Shown here: positions 1 through 12,739 of the stretch, piece by piece
Layout of the letters: every line of letters begins with the position of its first letter
Numbering within the stretch: the first letter of the stretch is position 1
Assembly: GCA_001938485.1 (NCBI GenBank)
Contig: MQRK01231392.1
Coordinates: 16,528-69,951 of the forward strand
Direction: 5' to 3'
DNA length: 53,424 nucleotides
DNA from: Girardia tigrina
Lineage: Eukaryota
Translations under genes and position numbers: made by a program
The notes under the pieces: generated by a model
Database searches by the model: none
Seen by the model: only the letters and a program-made list of their open reading frames with translations
Told to the model about the DNA's origin: nothing

Positions 1-3000
1 GCTGTAAATATATTCCCAGAGTTCTTTTATCACTATCGATTATAATGAATTGATTACTTGCTTGTTTGTGTGTGTTTGATTGTTTTTATTATAAATCCAT
101 TTATTTATTGTGAGAGAATCGATTGGAAAAATTAATCGATCACCAAGTGGAAGAAAGAATTCCCGGCTTGCAATTACAAAATGACGCAATGTCGATGGAA
201 ATTTTTTGAGCTCGGTGTTTGAGACAAGACCGAGTAATTGATCGATGCTGTAAATATATTCCCAGAGTTCTTTTATCACTATCGATTGATTGTTTGTGTC
301 TTTTGTGTGTGTGCGCTTTATCGATTGTTTTTATTGTGGGACAATCGATCACCAATTGAAACACGGAACATCGATCGATTTCTTTCCACTGTGTCTCTTG
401 CATCGATCGTATCCAGATTCGGTGTATGAGACAAGCCCGAGTGATCGAGCGACTGCGCGATGTAAATATATTCCCAGAGTTCTTTTATCACTATTGATTA
501 TAATGAATTGATTATTTGCTTGTTTGTGTGTGTTTGTTGATTTTATTTATTATAAATCTATTTTTTATTGTGAGAGAATCGAAGGGAAATATTAATCGAT
601 CACGAAGTGGAAGAAAGAAGAATCCCCGGCTTGCAATTACAAAATGACGCAATGACGATGCAAATTTTCTCTGTAGAATTTTTCCTGTTCCTGCTGCATT
701 GGTCGTATCAATATTCGATGCTTGTTCAGCTATTTTACCCGGATTTTATTATGGATTTGTTCGAGTGGCGATTAATTCTGATACGTATTTCAATTCGATC
801 GATTGTCGTTCGCGATTCGGTGTATGAGACAAGACGTAGAGATATTCCCAGAGTTGTTTTGTTATTGATAATAATGATTGATTATTTATGTGTTTTGTTG
901 ATTGTTTTTATTATAAATCGGTTTTTTATTGTGAGAGAATCGATCGGAAAGATTAGTCGATCACCAAGTGAAACACGGAACTATTCCAATGATTGCCGCT
1001 CGCAAATTTCCTCTTAGAAAATCGATTTCTTTCCACTGTGTCTCTTGCATCGATCGTATCCAGATTCGGTGTATGAGACAAGACCGAGTGATCGATCGAC
1101 TGCGCGATGTAAATATATTCCCAGAGTTCTTTTATCACTATCGATTATTTGGTTGTTTGTTGATTGTTTTTATTATAAATCGATTTATTTATTGTGAGAG
1201 AATCGAAGAGAAATATTAATCGATCACCAAGTGGAAGAAAGAATTCCCGGCTTGCAATTACAAAATGACCCAATGTCGATGCAAATTTTCTCAGAAGAAA
1301 TCGATTAGAAATTGGTTTCTACTGAAAATCAATGCCGCATAATGAAGTCCGCACTGTGTCTCTTGCATCTCCCAGTTCCTGCTGCATTGGTCGTGTCCAG
1401 ATTCGATGCTTGTTCAGCTGTTTTACCCGGATTTTATTATGGATTTGTTCGAGTGGCGATTAATTCTGATACGTATTTCAAGACGTAGATATATTCCCAG
1501 AGTTGTTTTGTTATTGATAATAATGATTGATTATTTATGCGTTTTGTTGATTGTTTTTATTATAAATTGATTTTTTATTGTGAGAGAATTGAACGGAAAT
1601 ATTAATCGATCATGAAGTGGAAGAATTACAAATTTTCTCTGCAGAAATCCATTATAAATTGACTTCTTTCTACTGAAATTTGATGCCAAATAATAAAGTC
1701 CGCGTTGTGTCTCTTGCATCTTCTAATTCTCTCTATATTTATGGTATCCAGATTCGATGTTTCTTCAGTTACTTTACCCTCATCTCTCGCTGTTGGTTGA
1801 TAATTTCGAATACTTATTTTTTTAGTGAATATTATTACGGGTTTGTATGAGTCTGCTCGAGTGACAATTAATACGAAAATACATTCTGATTGGATCAATT
1901 ACCGACCAGTGATTATCGGATCTAGATTTGATGATTCCTTCTCGACTATTGGCGCTGTAAATATCCCCAGAGCTCTTTTATTGATAATAATGTATTTATT
2001 TTTTGTATTAGTTTTGTCTCGGTTATTATTGATTGTTTTTATTATAAATCGATTTTTGTGAAAGAATCGCACGGAATTATTTGTCGTGGTTGAGAGGAAA
2101 TAATAATCGATTTCCAAATGGAAGACGGAATTCCAATGATTGCCGCTTGGTCTTGTCTTACTCTTACAAAATGACGCAATGTCGATTTTTGATTTTCCTT
2201 ATTTATTTCATCTGAAAATTGTGTCTAAATAATGAAGCCCGCGTTGTGTCTCTTGCATCTTCCAAATTCGACGTTTGTTCAACTATTTTACACCCAGCTT
2301 TTGCTGCTGGTTGATAATTTTTAATCCTCAACGCACCTGGATGTTTCGTTCGATTTTTGTCGCGAAAACTAAAACACGTTCTGATTGGATGAATTATCGA
2401 CCAGTGATTATCGACCGAGAAGACTGTTGGCGGTGTAAATATATTCCCCGAGCTCTTATATTGATAAGAATGTATTAATTATTTGTCTGTTGTATTGGTT
2501 GTGTTTTGTGTCTCCGTAAATATCGATTGTTTTTATTATAAATCGCTTTTTGAGAGAATTGCGCAGAAATATTTTTTTCGTGGTATAGAGAAAATGTAAT
2601 CGAATACGAATTAGGAGTCATAATTCCAATGATTGCCGCCTGGTCTCCAGTTGGGCCCCGCTTTCTATTACAAAATGGCGCAATGTCGATCCAAATTTTT
2701 CCGAAGAAATCGATTAGAGATTAATTTCTTTTTACATAAATTCAATACGAAATAATAAAGTCCGCATTGTGTCTTTTGTATCTTCCAGCTATATTTAACG
2801 TATTCAAATTCAATGTTTCTTCAGTGTTTAACCTCACCTATTGATGTTGGTTGTTTCTGGTTGATGATTTCGAAATCCTTAATTTTTATTGCGAATATTA
2901 TTATGGGTTTGTTCGAGTGGCGATTAATTCGTATTCCAATTCGATCGATTGTCCATCACTGATTATCAGATCACGAGTTTGCGACGCAAAGCCGCCCAAG

Positions 3001-3160
3001 TGCCGATTGTTCAGCAGACCGTGGGTCGATGCTTCTATGCGATTGTCGTTCGCATTCGGTGTATGAGACAAGACCGAGTATCAATCCATGATACCGACAC
3101 GACCCAGTCGACTGTTGACGCTGTAAATATATTCCCAGAGTTCTTTTATTGATAATAATA
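1..3160. repeat. Degenerate modular tandem array (about 9 units of roughly 215-690 bp; runs off the left edge of the window)
   Basis: The anchor TATTCCCAGAG (or a variant) recurs at about 11, 257, 469, 843, 1116, 1492, 1962, 2442 and 3130. Shared modules (TTGATTGTTTTTATTATAAATC, TTGCAATTACAAAATGACGCAATGTCGAT, TGTGTCTCTTGCATC, TTCGGTGTATGAGACAAGACCGAG) keep their order but drop out in some units. Confidence 0.92.
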
Positions 3161-3469
3161 TATTATGTTTTTGTATTTGTTGTGTTTTATAACGGTTATT
3201 GTTTTTACTATATATTGATAGTTTAAAGTGGAAACTTCACAGCGATTTTATGTTTTTGAGATTTTTGTACAGAAATATTTTTTGATGGAGAGAATATATA
3301 AACCAAAAAAATCAATTTTAATTTTCTTTTAATTTGTCTCTACTATTTTGATTAGATTTCCCTTATTATTCCTTCTATTCTTTATAATAAATTTATTATG
3401 TCATTAGCAACTATTTAATTGCAAAATGGTGTAGTAAAAAATATACTTCTTTTTCACCACTACTGTACT

Positions 3470-4290
3470 ATTACTTCTTCGTTCGGTTTCTTGAATGCCA
3501 CTAAAACACATTGATAGTGTTATGTCCATCTTGTGTCTCCTGCTCGTATCAGTTCCGCTTGGCGGCAATCTAGGATCTCTTGCTCAGCCTTGAATTTACG
3601 ATGGTTTTAAGGGACTGATTTAAAGTAACCACCAAAGACTATTAAGAACAGAGAATATTTTCTTTATGTTCATGTATTTATATGATGCAAAGACGCACAA
3701 TGGACTGTATCTTTAGTGTGGTATTTGATCATTTGTGATTGCGTTTCATTTTGCTTACCAGACATATTGTTGGTTCCATCAAAGGACAGCTACTTTACAT
3801 GCTTTCATTGGACTTCAAGATTTTTAAATGCGAGCAGAATCCCTTCTTTTATTATAATTGCCTCTTTATTTTCCAACTCGTGCAAACTAGTGAAGATTTC
3901 TTTTGGCTCACCATTAAGGTCAAGATAACGAAGACAAACTGACAGGGTAGTTCTTCCTCGCAGATCAGTCGCCTCATCGGTCATGACAGACAGATAGGGC
4001 ACACCAATGTTGAATGGTTTCAGTTGGTTTTTAAAAAAGATTAAAATGTGTTTTTTGAAAGTTACAAGAAACTCACAAGGAATGTTATGGGACATATAAG
4101 TAGCATTTGCGAACGGAGCTCCTGCCATTGTTTCATGCACCCACTTCCATCTAGCTCAGTGCACAGATCTAGTAGTATGCCATACTTTGTGCTTTGCGGT
4201 ATTTCCTCTTTAACCAGTCAATATGCTACCTTTAAATAATCTACTAGACGATGTTGGTTCTCTTGCATCACTGATGCACTTGATATGTGT
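3470..4290 (-). mobile_element. hAT transposase relic (ZNF862/ZMYM-like)
   Basis: Minus-strand translation across stops and frameshifts gives FKVAY..KEEIP, NATYMSH, SVMTDEATD..LSVCLRY, FDGTNNMSG and LIRAGDTRW, which are the hAT D, D and RW motifs. Confidence 0.85.
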
Positions 4291-4546
4291 AAAAGTAATT
4301 TTACTAACCAATAAACTTATGTAGTAAATCCACTTTTAACAATAAATAAAGATAATCAAACAATTGTTAATAATGATTGTATTAATTTAACAACAAACTG
4401 AAAGAGGAGAGAATTATGGAATATCAATCACGAGAGAAGGTTCAAGATATTGTTAAAAAATAATAGATTACTTTGTCCCATAGTCAATTAATTTATCAGT
4501 CATTAATAGTATGATGGAATGTAGAATGGTAAAAAAATATGTTCGT

Positions 4547-4822
4547 TTATCTAATGAGATTCTTGGTCAAATTTAGAATGATTATCATGAGAAATTTGTT
4601 GATGTTCGAGTTACGATTGAGGATGTTGTGAATGATTTCACACCTTAATTCGTGATTTTGTTCGGCTTTGTCAAAAGATAAATAGATGTATTTTGTGGTA
4701 ATTAGAAAATCGATACACAATTTTGGATTGCGTTCATCGAGTTCCGAGAGGATTTGTTTGAGTACTTGTTTTCGTTGAGATCGATTTTCGTAGTTTATTT
4801 TCGTGAAAAGTGGTTGCAACAT
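4547..4822 (-). CDS. Possible short ORF or exon, hypothetical protein
   Basis: About 90 open codons in AT-rich DNA with protein-like composition; no recognised domain. Confidence 0.25.
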   Translation of the reverse strand: MLQPLFTKINYENRSQRKQVLKQILSELDERNPKLCIDFLITTKYIYLSFDKAEQNHELRCEIIHNILNRNSNINKFLMIIILNLTKNLIR

Positions 4823-5793
4823 CAATATCAGAATTCATTTTTAACACCAAAATTTATTAATATGACAACTCCCAATTTTCAAACAAATTTCCGTTAATTA
4901 AAATTTTCAACTCGCATAAATTTTATTTTACTTTCAATTTGTAAAAAAAACATTTTAAACTTTAAAAATAATTTATTATATTCTGTAGTGCTCAAAAAAA
5001 CTAACATTAAATAAATTGAAAAAACTTTCAATTTTGATTTTTGTTTAAGTAAACTAAAAGTGTGAAAATCGAGTGCACAATTGTAAATGGAAATAAATTT
5101 ATGGCTGCTTTTTATGTTTTAAATTTCATAATATTGAATATTAATCGTCGTTCGGATGTTTTTATCCGATGCTGATAATGACGGAAACCGCACTGTGCGG
5201 CACCGGCCCTAATCGGTGGTATCTCGTGCGCAATCAGGCCGCACAATTTGGCAACGCATGACGGAGCGGGATCGGCGTTGACGGAAGCGGAACTACCGCG
5301 AGCCGATCGCGGGACCGCCATCCCATGGCATATCGACCGATGATCACCGGATCCGATCGGCAACCAGACGTCGTCGAATCGAGGCGGCGATCTCTCCGGA
5401 ACCAAGTCCAGGCACATCTAAGAGGTGCCGGTCATCGCCACTCGGTCCGGCTGCCGGCACCACATATTCTATAACTTATTTTTTACTTTTTAATATATCA
5501 AATTTTTATTATTTTTTAAAATGCATTTTTAAAAATTATATGACAAATAAAATTATTTTATTTCATTTAAATAAGATGCAATCAACTTATAAAATTTTAA
5601 AAATATTTATTATTATATATTTTTTAATAAAATATTCTAAGCATAATAAAAGTATTTTTTTAGATTTATATAACATCGAATTTTAAAATTAATTTGTAGA
5701 AAACTATTTAATTTCATAAAAAACTTTTGTAGCAGCTTGATATATAAATTTACACAAAAACTTTTATAAATTTTATTATTTCTTTTTTTAATT

Positions 5794-5857
5794 ATATATA
5801 TATATATNNNNNNNNNNNNNNNNNNNNNNNNNNNNNNNNNNNNNNNNNNNNNNNNNN

Positions 5858-5886
<29 letters not shown>
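5794..5886. repeat. (TA)n microsatellite spanning an N-gap
   Basis: TA runs flank 50 Ns. Confidence 0.95.
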
Positions 5887-5888
<2 letters not shown>

Positions 5889-6663
5889 ATATTTAATTTT
5901 TATATACATAAATATAATAGTGACTATAGGCCACTACAATGTGCAATTGATTGAAAAAGGTTCCATGAACTCGAGAGTCTTCTTTGATTACATGGGAGCA
6001 TTTTACGGTGCTCGTCTGATTCGACATGTTTCAGTAGTTTATTGTTTTTGGCAGAACATCATGTAGCCTTCTTTAAATTTATGTACACATCTACGCAACA
6101 TATGTGGTGCATGCCCAATGCGTACAAAATCTCAACTGAAACATTTTGCTATAGTCATCCACATTTGACTATAATGGCTAACCACCCCGGTGGACTGCCA
6201 TTTTATTAACTAGCAACAGTGCGTCACGCATATTCATGTGTGTATGTGTGTTAAATATACTTACACTGCTACTGCCTGACAACCACCCTATTCCACTGAC
6301 ACTATTCTATGTATATTTATATTTACAAAATATGTGGATACGCCACTCAATGTCTAACCTAATATATCGATGATATCTCATTCAGCTTATGTTAATAGAT
6401 AGACATAATGATAGAAACCCCTTTATTTTTAAGTATGTATGTGTGATATTGCTTTGCTCCAATATTTGTATAGTATATCATTATTTGAGTGTCATAACTT
6501 GAAAATATTTGTGTGTTTATCGCTAAATATGGCTTGTAATTGGAAATTTTTGGGGGGAAGCGTTAAATTTTAGATACTAGACATATACAGTCAACTTAGG
6601 ATAACTTAGAATCCGATAACTTGATATTCATTTTCTACACGTGATTCTTATAATTTATGTAAT

Positions 6664-6996
6664 CGACTGAGGTGCTGGTCTCCAGATCAAGTTGTAAAGA
6701 CTAGCACCTCTCGTTTGTGTGGGAAGTTACAGTTCGGTGGATCGGATGGGTTGGTCCAGTGCCGACTAGAGTTCGATTCGACCCGACCGATACCTGAGTA
6801 GCAGTTCCGTATCAAGTTAGCCGCAGCTTCCCGTACCGCGTGCCTCTTTTCGGGGCCGTCGATGCAGCCGGAAGTGGTGGATAATAGACTCGGTTTGTCA
6901 ACCCGTGACCCAAATGTGCAGATAGTGTGTTCGCGTGAATTCACCGTGCGTCACTGAATTGTGTGATTTCCCGCTCATTCGAAAGTGAAAATTTGG
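6664..6996 (+). ncRNA. Candidate structured RNA, family not recognised
   Basis: GC-rich island with a 13-bp hairpin (6669-6681/6698-6710) and a 22-bp long-range helix (6719-6740/6951-6974) containing G-U wobbles on the + strand, plus internal hairpins. Confidence 0.35.
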
Positions 6997-8027
6997 TTTA
7001 TCAATTAAGGAAAAAGCACAATCGTCAACACAACATTTATTTATTTTCAAATTTTGTTCCCTTTATAATTAATGTATTAGTTTATTCAAACAACTGTTTG
7101 TTGTTTAATTAATTTTTTAATATGATTGCTTTTATTTGAAATTTTCCGAGCAATACATTGACTAAAGGAAAAGCAGAGCCACTTCGAAGTTACGTTTTTT
7201 GCAGAATTACCATTTGTAAAAAATATTCAATTTGCATTTAGTTTATTTTTAATTTTTTTAATTAAAAATAAGCCTAGGAGAATATATTTGTCAGATTATA
7301 AAAAAATATAGAAAAATTACCTAAATGTTTTAAATAATTTTACGAAAAAATATATTAAATCTTTCATTAAATGAATTTTTGTATTTAAGAAGGATATCAT
7401 ATTATTTAAGAATGTATCATGATTTTTTTTATTTTTTATCAATTTATTGGACAGGGAAAACCAACTATGTGACCAAGATGAATCTTTCTTCAAGCATAAA
7501 ATGATTTGATTCAATCATGCAACAGTCTAGAAGATAAACTGGTTTATTTGGGAAATGTATTCCAAAAAGATCCTTTTCTTTTCTAAAAAGTGTAGCTCGT
7601 ACAAAAAATACAAAAGAAAGAGTTGCAAATCATTTTTACAGCAAAATAGTGAAAATTAAAATGCATTTTTTAATAAAAAGCAAAAATAATTGAAGCATTT
7701 CGAAATAGACTCAAAGGATCACATTATGTGATTCATATACAAAAAAATTTTGCATTGACAAAATTTTCAAAGTATATGTATCTTAAATAAATTTAATCAA
7801 AAGTGAGACTCCAAAAAACGAAACAAATAATTTTACATGATAATGCTAAATTCATTCAATTGATTTTGAATTCTTCAATTTAAAGCTTTGCTACTTTCCA
7901 AAACCTTAACTTTAGTCTTCCATTCCTTTGATCGCGTAAGAATTTAAAGCTTTAAAACTAAGTAACTATTTAGGTTAATGTTCCAATTGAAGGAAATCTT
8001 AAAATATATTTTTTGGTACCGTAGCCG

Positions 8028-8272
8028 TTGGGCAGGGGGTGCACTCAATTATGTACAAGCATTATGGTTTTGTTTTGCAAGGAACCTGGTGGCGCCTATT
8101 TCCTCTCCAGGTATGGATGGCCGTTGGCTCCAAGGAACTCATCCGCCATTTGCTAGGTATTGTTTTTCATCCTCCTAGATGCCCACACACCTCTTAACCC
8201 AGGTTGCTCTAGGTGAGGGAGCCGGTTTAGTCGCCAACCATTCGACCATGAGACAGGTATTACAGGTTTACA
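8028..8272 (-). mobile_element. tRNA-derived SINE-like element, copy 1
   Basis: Clear homology to 38876-39145 in opposite orientation. The head on the minus strand has an A-box TGGTCGAATGG followed by CGGCTCCCTCACC...CCTGGGTT, resembling tRNA-Glu/Gln. Confidence 0.7.
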
Positions 8273-9452
8273 ATGGCTCCGCGATTTCCTTTTCGGTCAC
8301 CCATATAAGTACTATTGCGGCCGTCGTTTACTTCACTTCGAAGATCGGACGAGATCCTGTGTACCCAAATACGGTAATTGACTATATTAAAAAAGATATA
8401 CAGTTGGATTATTCCTTTTTGGAATGATGTCAACACCGATACGATTGTGATATTGACCAAAGGGGTTTCTAATACACAATCTGTTTTTCAGAAAGGGTAA
8501 TCAATACACCAATTTTGATAATCAGATGCAAATTTCGTAAGAATTAGCAAGTTAAAAGCCAAGAGAAACATTTCTGATTAAAAAAAACTTCTTTGAAAAT
8601 TTATTAAGTTTCACACCTCAATTTACGAATCTCCATTTTGTACACTTTTTAAACTTCACCGACCTTTATTACAAATTATGAAGGTTTATCTGTATTTTTG
8701 ATTTTTCAACATTTAATTGGTTTGTAACGTAGTGTCAAATGAAGCTACAAAAGGGTTTACGGAAAAAACATCGCGAAATTAAATTATTAAATTATTTAAC
8801 AAAACATCACAGAAATGATGATAACATATTTTATAGGAAATTTTCAAGAAAAAAATGATAATATTTAATCAAGAAAATTTTTATAATTTATGTAGAGGAC
8901 AACTAAATTGGTCCTCCTGATTGTCGATTTATTCGAACACAACCAAGATATCTTCATTCACTTTAGAATTGTCAAAATGCTTCAGTAAATGGTGAACCAA
9001 AAACAAATAACTCAGTGAAGCATGACATCGATCGTTTAATGGACTTATTGGATCATCTCACCATACAATATGGAATTTTTAGGTTCATTAAAAACAAACG
9101 ATTGAAGGCAAAATTGAACAGATTATTGCTGGTGGGTTTTTTGTTTAAATTTTGTTTAAAATAATTTAATAATTTAATTTCGCGATGTTTTTCCTGCGGT
9201 GTTTGTTATGGATCCCTACAAAAGGTTGATAAGTATATTTAATTACAATATATTTAACAAAATGTGGTTACACTTAATATTTTTAAAGAATTTTTTGAAG
9301 GTTATCATATTTTTTTTGATTAATTTAAAAGAATTTTTTTAAGCGATATTTTATAACATCGTTAAAATTAAAAATTAATTTGTTTGAAATTTTTAAAATT
9401 TTTAATTTTTTTTAAACCGAGATTTAAATTAATTTATCAAAAAACTGCAAAA

Positions 9453-11349
9453 ATGAAATCCGATGATCGCGACTCCATAACCGATGAAGACAACACCTTT
9501 TTGAGTTGTCTTTTGATGAAAGAATTATTACATTTAGAAATTAAAAATAACGACATTTCCCCAGTCGCTCTCAATACTCTGGACAAAGATTTACTTGTGA
9601 AGTATTTGAAAATCAAAGACTCTTTTCCTCTCAGTACCGTTAGTCCTGAGTTTGAATCAGATTCAGAAGGATATAAAGGGGTTGAAAGAAGACGAGCAAT
9701 GATTATTGAATTTCTAAAATTTAAATCTAAAAATAGGGTAATAGATATTAAAAAAATAGATGAAATGCATAGGATTATCGAGGACAAGCTGACTGAAACA
9801 CTTTGTAAAACCAAAAATAATAATCACAATTGTGAACATGTTTCTCTCACAACCGAATTGATATCTGATGTTAAAACGATTCACATTAGAACGGTTTCAG
9901 TAACTAAAAAGGTAAGCGTATTTTTCATATTTTGTTCTAAGTTTTTCTATTAAAAAAACGAAACAAATTTTAAATAATTTAATGAATTAAAATATTAGAG
10001 AATGTGGAACGTATCTTTGTAAACGTGAATAAACAAACATATTTTCCATATTTATATAAACGATAAGTACAATTTTCATTCCACTTATGACAGTACTGTT
10101 AATCAGATTTATAAGCTTTACTGATCGTAAACGTTTTGTATACTTAAATTGTTAAAAAAATATTTAATTTCATAGTCGCTTGCTCCTAACTATAATTTTT
10201 CATCATTTAAGATTAAAACAAAGGAAAAATTAGCACTTTGAAAATTGTAAGGCAATGAAATAAGAGATGAAAATTAGAACATACATTAACAGTTACTAGA
10301 TTTATAAGGCTGAAGTAATTATTAATTATGGTTTATCGTTTCTTTTTACAGTTTAATTTATTAAAACTAGTAAATAAAAAAAATTAATTTTTTTATCCAT
10401 TCTTTATGCAGAAAGATTTCTATTTTGTCAACAAAGTTTTTAAAATTTTAATTAAAAACAATAAAAATTAATATAAACTACTTATAATGTATAAGTAGAT
10501 ATCTTGCAATTAATATTGTTCGGGAACTCCGAATTTTCAATCAAATTTTACGTAATCATTTACTGTCATCGAGAATAAGTAAGTGTGCAAGGTTTGAACA
10601 AAATCGATTGAGTAAAAAGCTTTCAAAAGCAGGTTTCTAAATTCCACAACACTAAATATGACCTGTTTCTATAGTAAGTAAACGCTATAAACAACGTTAT
10701 TTAAATTTTAAATAGTGTTTGATGTTGATGGGTGTAAAGACTGTTAGTGCTATTTATTAACATAAATATGATTTTTTGATCATTTATTAATATCAAGAGC
10801 AGAATTGTCATTATAACAATTATTCAAACCACTTTCGCTATTTGACATTTTTCTTGATTAATATATTTCTGTGTTTCATCCAAATTTTTGAAAATTATTT
10901 TAAAAAAATATACTTAAATTAAATTATTTTCAATTAGTATGAATCAAAGAAAATTTTTCACTCTATATTTGAAGAACCAGAGCCTCCGTCAAAGTAAATC
11001 CGGCCCTAATAATGTCACTATCAAGAATTTAAATCTGAATTTTTTACTGCAAATTTCAAAATACTTGATTATATCCATTCTTTTACGACACTCATTATTG
11101 AAAATTTTGAGAAAATAATAAAATATACCTTGTTACTTTGATATCCTTTAATTTTTCAAATGTTTACAGATTCCAGGAGGAAATGGTCATTCATCTTCAG
11201 AAAAATCTCCGAAACTTGACGCCAGCATTTTAAGACAGCTTTTAGAAAAAGGATCTATAATACCTGAGAGTCCGAAAATAAAACATAATTTCATCAAATC
11301 TTCCGACGAAGCTATTGAAAAATTGAAAATCTTCTCGAAAATTACTTGA
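9453..11349 (+). CDS. Hypothetical protein; exons 9453-9911 and 11170-11349 (possible upstream exon 8967-9131)
   Basis: A long open frame ends at an AAG|GTAAGC donor (phase 0). The TTACAG acceptor at 11169 continues in frame (IPGGNGHSSSEKSPKLDASILRQLLEK...KIT*). No recognised domain, and intermediate exons cannot be excluded. Confidence 0.55.
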
Positions 11350-12739
11350 TTTTAATAAAATTATTATTTGTAGTAATCTTCTGGTTCATTTAAACGTACG
11401 TTCGAAACGCTAGGGGGAGGGGAAAAGAGGATCTACACCCAGCAACGCTTTGCATGTCACTGAAATTAAAAAACGAACAAGGATCGTTCGAAAATTTAAA
11501 TGTCGAGTGCTCTGGAAGGAAGTCCACACAAATCTAAGAAGCATCAAGATTAAGTGACTTTTATCGACGAAAAATTATCTGATACGACTGAAAAATTCGT
11601 TTTGCTTCATTTGGTGGCAATATGTATTTTGAAACAATTTGTCTTAATCGAGTCGATGTACAATATTATTTATTTAATTTTAATTGTTAAATTCTGTGAG
11701 ATCTTAGTTAATACTTTCACAATTTCCTGTTTTTATAATTTTTTGGAAACTATACTACAAAAATTAATGATTAAAAAAATAAATTAATCAATATTGTGAA
11801 AAATAAACTGTTCGAAATGAAAATGTTCGAGGGCATGCTCGTCGACGATTGTTTATGGACATGAACGGGTGTGATGCTGGCCCCCAATAACATTGCTCAT
11901 ACATCATCAAATTGCGGTAAAATTTTTTTATCACTAAGATTCGTTTCCTTCCCCACATTCGAGATTTCCTTACGGGTCTTAACAGCGATTGTATTTCAAC
12001 TTTTCTTTTTTAAAGTACGACATATAAACCATATACAAAAAATTGTGATATTTTAACCTACAAAAACATATTGGCGTTTAGTCTTTAGTTGTTAGTCAGA
12101 AGTAAGATTCTGATTCTTACCAGACATCAAAGATGTTTTTTATGTTCAGTTGACCTCTGTAACAACTCTAAATGAGGTGGTTAGGGGGAAAAATTTATAG
12201 TTCGGTAAAACATGTTGGTACGGGCATATTTCAAGTGCATAAACGTGATGAAATCACGGTGGTAATTATTTAATATTCAAATAATAAATTACCTGAAAAT
12301 TTACCCATTATATGTTTAAGCCTTAAAAAAACAGATACTGCAATGAAAGTGTGATATGCTTGTTTTGATATTTATTGTATGTTGTTTGCGATTAATAAAA
12401 TATGTTCACTCCCGTTTAATTTATATCCATACACCAGGGCCTTTTTAAAGTAATTTTTACTGGGGGGCAAAAGCAATATGAAATGGTCATGTGCCGAAAT
12501 TCGGTAACTTTTAATCTCGACAAAAATAGTTATTTTTCCTTGTTTTTATAATGGATTTTCCTATTTCAAACAGTTTTTTATCAAGTGTTCTCAGATTTAA
12601 ATGAAGAAAATATGCAAGTCACCCGACCCGTAACATTTTACAAATAGTCCAATACAAGTTATATTGCATAACACTTCAAACAAACACTTTTAAAAAAAGA
12701 ATTGGTAACAAAGTCACTTTCTGAATAAGTATCAAGGTT

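Noticed and set aside
1-3160. CRISPR-like array, or the many short ORFs as genes
   Set aside because: Eukaryotic context, no cas genes, and the inter-anchor sequences are homologous to each other rather than unique spacers. The ORFs are frame-inconsistent repeat translations.
6684-6700. U2 snRNA (AGATCAAGTTGTA resembles AGATCAAGTGTAGTA)
   Set aside because: No GTAGTA branch-recognition sequence and no U2 5' stem.
6752-6779. tRNA gene from the A-box-like TGGTCCAGTG and B-box-like GAGTTCGATTC
   Set aside because: The boxes are too close together and there is no anticodon arm.
8080-8150. HDV-like ribozyme in the SINE
   Set aside because: The putative P2 pairing is absent in the second copy and no convincing P3 or catalytic J4/2 is present.
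11141-11149. U12-type splice signal ATATCCTTT (also GTATCCTTC on the minus strand near 35705-35713)
   Set aside because: Not at an exon boundary supported by a reading frame; expected by chance in AT-rich DNA.
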